Positions 57,358 through 64,000 of a stretch of DNA of 64,000 bases are shown piece after piece (the stretch's first letter is position 1; every line of letters starts with the position of its first letter). The stretch is from Candidatus Thermosaccharophagus tengchongensis. Lineage in GTDB: Bacteria > Armatimonadota > Fervidibacteria > Fervidibacterales > Thermosaccharophagaceae. The notes under the pieces are model-generated. The model was not told where the DNA came from. It made no database searches and saw nothing but the letters and a program-made list of their open reading frames with translations. The translations under genes and the position numbers were made by a program. The stretch lies in NCBI GenBank assembly GCA_032161105.1, contig JAVHTD010000011.1; one strand, given 5' to 3'.

Positions 57358-58266
57358 TCAAGCCTCATACGGTATTGCGAGGCGTTCAAGCAAGGCGATA
57401 AGTTTCTCCCTTGATGCCCTCACCGCCTCATCCAAGTTCGGTATCCTTCCTATGTCCAATGCGACCATGCCTTTAAAAGAGTGCTTCTTTAAGGCGACGA
57501 ACACGCCCTCAAAGTCAATCGTGCCCTTGCCCAGCTCAAGATGCTCATTTGTCTTCCCGTCGTTGTCCGAGAGGTGGACATAGAAAATTCTCCTGCCGAG
57601 CTTTTCAACCGACAGCGGCAGTATTTCCTTTTGAGCGTGCAAGTGACCCGTGTCAAGCACGAAGCCGAGGTTATCATGCCCAACATGGTCAAACAAACGC
57701 AGCGCTGCATCCGTGTTGCTGATCATTTCGCCAACCCTCGGCTCAAGGCAAAACTTGAGATTGGCATCCTGCGCCGTTTGCGCAAGCCTGCGAAATGTAT
57801 CAACGAGCACATCCCATTGCCTCTCCCACGAGAACTTAGGGTCAACCTTGACTTTGAACTGTATCCCAAAATCAACCATCTGCTTGTATGGTGCTGGACC
57901 TTCAAACTCAATCGGTGGCGTGAATGAGTCGGTCTGGATCGTGCTGCACCCGAAATAGTTGGCGAGCTCACACGCCATCTCAAACAGCGATATTGCGTGC
58001 ATTCGCCTTTGCTCATCCAAGCTCACAACATCGCTCAGCACCGGGCAGAAGTTCTCAACTGACAGCTCCAAATCATCGCACAGCGCCTTGAGCTCATGCC
58101 TGCGGTTGTAAATTTCGCGCAAGTTATCCTCGCCAACCCCCTCAAGCTCAACATATTTGAAGCCCAATGCCTTCATATCCCGCAATGCCTGCATTGTGTC
58201 ATTGAATGATGGCGGATAGCCATATTTGCTGATCGCATATAGCCAACAGCATCCCACCTTCACCAT
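57358..58266 (-). CDS. Sugar phosphate isomerase/epimerase (AP endonuclease 2-type TIM barrel)
   Basis: GFKYVEL, CLEP, LDTGH, VHLSDNDG, HLELGKGTIDF. Confidence 0.9.
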   Translation of the reverse strand: MVKVGCCWLYAISKYGYPPSFNDTMQALRDMKALGFKYVELEGVGEDNLREIYNRRHELKALCDDLELSVENFCPVLSDVVSLDEQRRMHAISLFEMACELANYFGCSTIQTDSFTPPIEFEGPAPYKQMVDFGIQFKVKVDPKFSWERQWDVLVDTFRRLAQTAQDANLKFCLEPRVGEMISNTDAALRLFDHVGHDNLGFVLDTGHLHAQKEILPLSVEKLGRRIFYVHLSDNDGKTNEHLELGKGTIDFEGVFVALKKHSFKGMVALDIGRIPNLDEAVRASREKLIALLERLAIPYEA

Positions 58267-58431
58267 TCCCTTTCACCTCCAATGGAACCCAATTGCACTA
58301 ATGGCAGCGCCACTATCATGTTGGCGCATTGTGTTGTCGCTCAGACAATGTGTGCAATATAATCTTCCATGCATGCTGCATTGTAAGTTAGCGATGCAAA
58401 GCTCACCTCAGGAGGAGTGGAGGTGGTCAGC

Positions 58432-59472
58432 ATGAGGGCGAAGTTGAGTTTTGGCATCGTGATGATGGTTTTCACTTCTTTCATGACGCTGCCGAATGCG
58501 CTGGCACAGGTCAAAGTGACGAAGGTTAACTACCACGGTTGGAAAAACACATATAAGCTCACAAACGGCGCCATTGAAGTCTATGTCACAACCGATGTTG
58601 GTCCGAGAATAATAGACATGCGCCCGGTTGGCGGAAACAACATCTTTTATGTGCGCAAGGACGAGGTCGGAAGGAGTGGGGAAAAGGAATTCAAGCTCCG
58701 TGGCGGATGGCGCTTGTGGCTTGCGCCAGAGGTGTTTGAGATAACATGGTTCCCCGACAATGTGCCATGCAAGGTTGAGCAATTGAAGGATGGCACAATG
58801 CGCTTCATAGGTCCGAGTGAGCCAAAGAGCGGCATCCAAAAGGTCATTGATGTATCGCTTGACGGTAAGCTACCGCGTGTCAGGGTCGTTGCGAGGTTGC
58901 GCAATGTCTCAAGGAAGCCAGTCACATACTCAGCATGGAGCATGCCCGTGATGCGTCCCGGCGGTAAAGCAATCGCTCCACTTGATGTGGGTAACTTGGA
59001 TGCATTCGCTGAGGTGCGCCGAATCATACTTTGGAGCTATGCCAACCCAACGGATCAGCGCTTCACATTCTTAAACAAGCTCGTCATCGTTGACCACGCC
59101 AAGGTGCCGAAGCGCGAGAAACTCATCGGTAAAGTGCGCCGACACAATGACGAGGCGAAGATAGGCGTGGATACAAAACAGGGTTGGGTGGCGTATTACC
59201 ATCCGGTGGAGCGAACCCTTTTCATCAAGCGCTTCCCATACAACCCAAAGGGCACATATCCAGATGGTGGGTGCACCATTGAGATTTACTCATGCTATGA
59301 GTTCATTGAGGTTGAATGCCTAAGCGAACTTGCCACAATCCCTCCCGGAGGCGAATTTACCTTCCCAGTTGACATGTGGGTCTTCACGAATGTGCCAGAC
59401 TTGGGCAAGACGGAGCACGAGATTGCCACGACTATAAGGGCATATCTGAACAGGACGCAACAGCCAAAGTGA
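58432..59472 (+). CDS. Secreted DUF4380-like (galactose-mutarotase-like fold) protein
   Basis: Signal peptide; DVGPRI, GGWRLWLAPE, YPDGGCTIEIY, IEVECLS. Confidence 0.7.
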   Translation: MRAKLSFGIVMMVFTSFMTLPNALAQVKVTKVNYHGWKNTYKLTNGAIEVYVTTDVGPRIIDMRPVGGNNIFYVRKDEVGRSGEKEFKLRGGWRLWLAPEVFEITWFPDNVPCKVEQLKDGTMRFIGPSEPKSGIQKVIDVSLDGKLPRVRVVARLRNVSRKPVTYSAWSMPVMRPGGKAIAPLDVGNLDAFAEVRRIILWSYANPTDQRFTFLNKLVIVDHAKVPKREKLIGKVRRHNDEAKIGVDTKQGWVAYYHPVERTLFIKRFPYNPKGTYPDGGCTIEIYSCYEFIEVECLSELATIPPGGEFTFPVDMWVFTNVPDLGKTEHEIATTIRAYLNRTQQPK

Positions 59473-59566
59473 TGGGCAAACTGAGCTTTCAGGTGCAGCG
59501 CACCAAGCCTGCGATTTGGTGCAACAAAAATGCCAACCCGATAGAACTGATGGAGGTGAGGTTGGG

Positions 59567-60211
59567 ATGGCGTGGATAAAGTATGCCATGCGCGCTGCAA
59601 CGGCTATTGCACTTTGCCTTGCTATGGTATGCGTCGGAGCACAAACCAAACAGGCGCCGAGGGATGAAGAGGGCTTTGTGCCGCTGTTCAATGGGAAGGA
59701 TTTGAGCGGCTGGCATGTGATGGGAACACCATCATGGGAAGTTAAAGACGGCGTGCTCATCTGCCATGGGAAAGGCGGTGGATGGCTGCGCACTGAGAGG
59801 GAATATGAGAACTTCATCCTGCGCCTTGAATACAGGATAAGCAAGGGAGGAAATAGCGGCATATTCATTCGGACAAGCCTCACGGGGCGACAATCGCAAA
59901 CTGGGATGGAAGTGCAAATACTTGACTCATACGGAAGGAAGCCAACGGCAACGACAGCCGGCGCAATTTACGGCGCTGTTGCCCCAACCAAAGAGGCATC
60001 AAAGCCAGCGGGAGAATGGAATGAGGTTGAAATAACTTGCGATGGACCAAAGGTCACCGTCGTCCTCAACGGCGAGAAAATCATTGATGTTAACATGGAT
60101 GAACATCCGCAGCTTAAAAGCAGGCTTCGCAAGGGCTACATCGGGCTGCAAAATCATGGCTCATATGTTGAGTTCCGAAACATACGCATCAAAGAACTGC
60201 CAAGCAAGTGA
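59567..60211 (+). CDS. DUF1080 (3-keto-glycoside hydrolase/lyase family), secreted
   Basis: LFNGKDLSGW, GNSGIF, EVQILD, GEWNEVEI, GYIGLQNHG..VEFRNIRIKEL. Confidence 0.93.
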   Translation: MAWIKYAMRAATAIALCLAMVCVGAQTKQAPRDEEGFVPLFNGKDLSGWHVMGTPSWEVKDGVLICHGKGGGWLRTEREYENFILRLEYRISKGGNSGIFIRTSLTGRQSQTGMEVQILDSYGRKPTATTAGAIYGAVAPTKEASKPAGEWNEVEITCDGPKVTVVLNGEKIIDVNMDEHPQLKSRLRKGYIGLQNHGSYVEFRNIRIKELPSK

Positions 60212-60290
60212 CAACCCTCACTAACCATTTCACGAATGCACAACTCCACTTGTGGGGACATTCATTTACACATTGCACGAGCCGATGAAA

Positions 60291-60320
60291 GCCGGGGCAC
60301 GGCAACCGCCGTGCCCCGGC
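60291..60320. repeat. Perfect 13-bp inverted repeat (REP-like element or terminator)
   Basis: GCCGGGGCACGGC-AACC-GCCGTGCCCCGGC between convergent genes. Confidence 0.7.
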
Positions 60321-60514
60321 AAAGGCGCAAACACTCCTCAACACCGTTAAGGTTATGGGCAGCCCGCGCCACTTTGCCACGGCGTCATTACTGACCGACC
60401 ATAGTTCACACAAGTTGTCGTCATGCGCTCAAGTTGATCCCAAGTGATTTGGTTCAACCTGTGCGCCTTAACATGTCCATCCGCAAAATGGTTGGCTTTA
60501 TGACCAACCGATTT

Positions 60515-60632
60515 CGGCACGCCAAAGGCGTGCCTCCCAAAAACGAATTTGTCACATCATTGGAGGGCGAGGCTACCGCCGAGCCGATTACCGATTGCGG
60601 CTTATCGGCGTCCCCGGCAACACGCCGTCCGA
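60515..60632. repeat. Cluster of three short REP-like hairpins
   Basis: GGCACGCC-AAA-GGCGTGCC-TCCC; GGAGGGCGA-GGCT-ACCGCCG-AGCC; CGGCGT-N10-ACGCCG-TCC. Confidence 0.55.
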
Positions 60633-60645
60633 AATTGTTTCCCTT

Positions 60646-61632
60646 TCACGATACAGCGCTCCAGTCAAGGATGATCCCGACGAACTTCTCTGGATGATTT
60701 AGGATCATCTCGTATGCCTTCGGGGCATCAGTTGCAGGAAGACAATGTGTTATGAGTGGCAGTAACTTAAGTTCGCCGCGCCTGCACAAACGCAATGAAC
60801 GAACTTGGTCTTCCAATGTGTGACTGCATGGGAAATATGCAGTGAGCCATTTTGCGTGCGCCCTGTGGAAGTGTATTGGGATGAACCCCGGATACCAACC
60901 TTGAAAGCAAACCCTTCCTCTCACACGGATGAGCTCAATGCACAAGTCAGCAAGCTCCGCTACGCCGCTCGTCTCAATGACCAAGTCAGCCCCATCCGGC
61001 TTGAGCTGACGAACAACATCAACCAAATTTTCCTCATCCACATTGACGGCTCTATCCGACGAATACTCAGCTGACAGCCTCACCCGCAATGGCAGCTTAT
61101 CAGCCGTCACAACGAAGCATCCCAAGCGCCTGCAAAGCTGCGCCGAACACTGCCCTATCATGCCCTGTCCAATTACAACTACAAACTCGCCTCGCTTCGG
61201 TTTTGCCATGCCAATTCCCATGAAGCTAACGGCAGGCAGCGCCGACACCGCAGCCTCACGCAAGTCGCAACCCTTTGGGATTTTGAAGACATGGTCGCTT
61301 TCATCGCACACGGCAAATGCCAAATGGCTGCCCATCCACGAGCGCCCATACGGCTCGGGCAACCTGCTCCTTCGGAAGAAGACGGTGTCGCCAACTTTAA
61401 ATCGTTTCACCTGATTGCCAACTTCAATGACGGTGCCGACACCTTGATAACCGGGCACACTCGGGAAGAACCCCTCAGGGCGCTTTCCGATGAGCCACCA
61501 ACGCTCTGTGCCAACGCTCAAGCCGGAATAAAGTGTCCTGATCAATATGCTCGTTGGCGTCATCTCCAAAAGTTCAACCTCTCCGAGCTCAATCTTGTAT
61601 GGGGCTGTAAATATGACAGCCTGTGACTTCAC
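60646..61632 (-). CDS. MDR-superfamily (Zn-binding-type) sugar/polyol dehydrogenase-like protein
   Basis: YSGLSVGTE, VPGYQGVG, IGQGMIG, DLVIETSG; GTG start after GGAGG. Confidence 0.85.
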   Translation of the reverse strand: MKSQAVIFTAPYKIELGEVELLEMTPTSILIRTLYSGLSVGTERWWLIGKRPEGFFPSVPGYQGVGTVIEVGNQVKRFKVGDTVFFRRSRLPEPYGRSWMGSHLAFAVCDESDHVFKIPKGCDLREAAVSALPAVSFMGIGMAKPKRGEFVVVIGQGMIGQCSAQLCRRLGCFVVTADKLPLRVRLSAEYSSDRAVNVDEENLVDVVRQLKPDGADLVIETSGVAELADLCIELIRVRGRVCFQGWYPGFIPIHFHRAHAKWLTAYFPCSHTLEDQVRSLRLCRRGELKLLPLITHCLPATDAPKAYEMILNHPEKFVGIILDWSAVS

Positions 61633-61806
61633 GGCACTGCACCTCCATTCCAACGGTGAGGAACTTACAGCTAAAGCCAATAGCATCGGCTACATTGTGC
61701 AAGGTGCAAAAGGGCAATACGACCTGAGCTGCTAATGTGGTGTGATATCTTATGAAGGTGCTGATATGCGATACTTTAGCATAACTCACGCGGTGGTGGC
61801 ATAGCT

Positions 61807-62409
61807 TTGAGCAAAAAGCGTCACGGCAGGCTGTTTGTAGTGAGCGGACCTTCGGGTGTCGGCAAAGGGACTTTGCTCAAACTCGTTCTACCGACATTGC
61901 CGAATGTGCTCTATTCAGTTTCGGTGACGACACGCCCAAAGCGCCATGGGGAAGTTGATGGCAGAGATTACTTCTTCGTCACAGAGGAACAATTTAAGCG
62001 CATGGTTGAGGACGGCGAGTTCCTTGAGTGGGCGCATGTTCATGGTCACATGTATGGGACGCCAAGGAGGTGGGTTGAAGAGAAGCTCGCCAGCGGATTT
62101 GATATTGTCCTTGAAATTGATGTCCAAGGCGCAATGCAAGTCAGAGAAAAGTGTAAGGATGCCATCCTCATCTTCATCCTGCCGCCATCAATGGAGGAAC
62201 TGCGAAGGCGCATTACAAAGCGCGGATTGGATGCGCCGGAAGAAATTGAGAGGCGCATGAGCAAAGCCGAATGGGAGATGAAATTCAAGGACAGGTTTGA
62301 CTTCCAAATCATCAATGATGACCTAAACGAGGCGGCAAAGGAGTTGCGCAGGATACTCCTCGGAGAAGCGACAGTGGAAGGGGAACAGTGTGGGCAAGTT
62401 AACCAATAG
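61807..62409 (+). CDS. gmk: Guanylate kinase
   Basis: SGPSGVGKGT, SVTTRPKR.GEVDGRDYFF, YGTP, LEIDVQG. Confidence 0.97.
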   Translation: MSKKRHGRLFVVSGPSGVGKGTLLKLVLPTLPNVLYSVSVTTRPKRHGEVDGRDYFFVTEEQFKRMVEDGEFLEWAHVHGHMYGTPRRWVEEKLASGFDIVLEIDVQGAMQVREKCKDAILIFILPPSMEELRRRITKRGLDAPEEIERRMSKAEWEMKFKDRFDFQIINDDLNEAAKELRRILLGEATVEGEQCGQVNQ

Positions 62410-62464
62410 CGAACTCTGCGCAGACGGCGAATCAAACTCCATCTGACTATAAGGGTGATTAAGG

Positions 62465-64000
62465 ATGCGCCACATCATCACTGCTGCAAGTTGTGCCCTC
62501 ATTTGGAATCTCCTTTGCGCTGCAACGCTGGTAGTTGACCAACATCATCCAAATGCATCCGATGATAACCCGGGGACTGACGAACGCCCGCTGAAGACGA
62601 TTGGAAAGGCTGCGCAAATTGCGAGGGCTGGCGATACCGTCATTATCAAAGGCGGTATATATCGTGAGTCTGTCAGGCTACATAATGACGGCGAGGAAGG
62701 AGCCCCAATTGTATTTCAGGCACACCCGCCCGGCTCCGTCGTCATCAGCGGCGCAGATGTGATCAAGGGTTGGCAACGCGTTGAGGGCAACGAGCCGATC
62801 TATCGCATACCTTGGGAGCGGAAGTTCATCATCAACTGGCGCAAGGATGGAACACCAGTTGAGCATCATCCTGAGGATGCGCCACTCTGGGGAAGAGCTG
62901 AACTCGTCGTAGTTAATGGCAGGGTGGCATTACCATCACCTGACATTGAAAGCCTGCGCGAGGCATGGCGCAAACACCAAGATGATCTTCGTTCGGGGAA
63001 AGCATCATCGGTCTTAAAGCCGCCGACAAAGGGCATCAACATTGAGTTTGCGGGCATGTTCTCCGTTGATGGGAAGGCGAAGGCGTTATACCTTTGGCTT
63101 GCAGATGGCTCAAATCCGAATGAGCGTCAAGTTGAGGTTTCAACGCGCTCGGAGTTATTCGGGACAAACCCTTGGGCAAACCCTAAGGGGCATAAGCATA
63201 TACATGTGCGCGGCATCGTCTTTCGGCATGCAGCGACATTCCCGCAACGCGCCGCAGTCTGGCTGCATGGTGAAGATAACTTGGTTGAGGATTGCATAGT
63301 TGAGGGGATGTCGGGCGGTGGCATCCTCGTCCACGGAACGATGCGAAGGTGCATTATAAGACGATGTGGGCACACGGGCGGTGGAGCCTCCGGTAGGGGT
63401 TTCCTCAACGAGGATTGCCTTTGGGAGGAGAATTGCTGGAAGCCAATCAACAGGGGATGGGATGCAGGCGGTTTCAAGCTCGCTTTGGCTAATGGCGGTG
63501 TTTTCCGAGGGTGTGTCTTCCGCAGGAACGGCGGGCCGGGATTGTGGCTGGATATACATGTGCGAAATGTCATCATCACTGAGTGCGTCTTCTTGGAGAA
63601 TGAAAAGAGCGGGCTGTTCATTGAGATAAGCCGTGACATAGCGGTGGTGCGAAATTTATTCCTGCGCAATGCAATAGGAGCCATTTGGGAAGTGACTTTT
63701 CCAGATTGGAGTGCAGCCGGCATACAGATTGCTGAAAGCCAAAACTGCATCATCGCATTCAACACATGCGTTGGAAACAAGGATGGAATAGCGCTGCGTG
63801 AGCAAGGACCAAGGAGGCTTTTAACCGATGACCTCGGTGAAGTGGCATACCACAACAGCGGAAATATCATAGTTGGCAATTTGTGCGCCTTCAATCGCGG
63901 CTACCAACTCGCCCTCTGGTATGACAATCCATTCTTCGGATGGCATCCGGCTGAGAGAGGGAAGTTTGGGACACAGGAGGCATTTGAAAAATTCATCAGA
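62465..64000 (+). CDS. Secreted right-handed parallel beta-helix protein (DUF1565-like N-terminus), 3' truncated; absent from the ORF track
   Basis: Manual translation from ATG 62465 is open to the window end: signal peptide, ASDDNPGTDERPLKTIGKAA...GDTVIIKGGIYRE, GWDAGGFK, GPGLWLD, GLFIEIS. Confidence 0.88.
   Translation, partial: MRHIITAASCALIWNLLCAATLVVDQHHPNASDDNPGTDERPLKTIGKAAQIARAGDTVIIKGGIYRESVRLHNDGEEGAPIVFQAHPPGSVVISGADVIKGWQRVEGNEPIYRIPWERKFIINWRKDGTPVEHHPEDAPLWGRAELVVVNGRVALPSPDIESLREAWRKHQDDLRSGKASSVLKPPTKGINIEFAGMFSVDGKAKALYLWLADGSNPNERQVEVSTRSELFGTNPWANPKGHKHIHVRGIVFRHAATFPQRAAVWLHGEDNLVEDCIVEGMSGGGILVHGTMRRCIIRRCGHTGGGASGRGFLNEDCLWEENCWKPINRGWDAGGFKLALANGGVFRGCVFRRNGGPGLWLDIHVRNVIITECVFLENEKSGLFIEISRDIAVVRNLFLRNAIGAIWEVTFPDWSAAGIQIAESQNCIIAFNTCVGNKDGIALREQGPRRLLTDDLGEVAYHNSGNIIVGNLCAFNRGYQLALWYDNPFFGWHPAERGKFGTQEAFEKFIR

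Noticed and set aside
62678..63894. Minus-strand ORFs of 63-255 aa
   Set aside because: Antisense shadows of the plus-strand beta-helix gene

Overview
Gene-dense bacterial chromosomal window of moderate GC content. Gene content and style suggest a thermophilic, sugar-degrading diderm, perhaps Armatimonadota/Fervidibacteria-like (inference only). Four blocks. (1) 447-12152 is an uncharacterised redox cluster and the best candidate for an undescribed system: two divergent operons, each with a NapH-like 4Fe-4S membrane protein and a DUF6599-like exported protein, plus a Tat-exported DUF362 protein, an STN-PA14x2 protein, two paralogous Ig-like exported proteins (one with HEAT repeats and a predicted mature N-terminal His-x-Cys), a Cys-bearing TauE/DsbD_2-type membrane protein, and a convergent double-cubane-like reductase with its ATP-dependent activator. 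(2) 12746-17244 holds a URO-D-family gene preceded by a recR-like remnant, a NagB-LmbE fusion and a CBM protein. (3) 17236-45399 is mostly housekeeping: DUF1998 helicase, fmt, def, priA, ccmAB, rho, hpt, guaA, guaB3, moaD-E fusion, ftsK, FecR, GH15, STN-TPR, methyltransferase, LPS kinase and an RsmF-like enzyme. (4) 45402-64000 is a carbohydrate-utilisation region with divergent glycoside-hydrolase-like proteins, an AP2-type isomerase, DUF4380, DUF1080, an MDR dehydrogenase, gmk and a truncated beta-helix gene, with REP-like palindrome clusters at 45.4 kb and 60.3-60.6 kb. No rRNA, tRNA, CRISPR array, integrase or transposase was recognised. All family calls come from motif recognition by eye, not from database searches.
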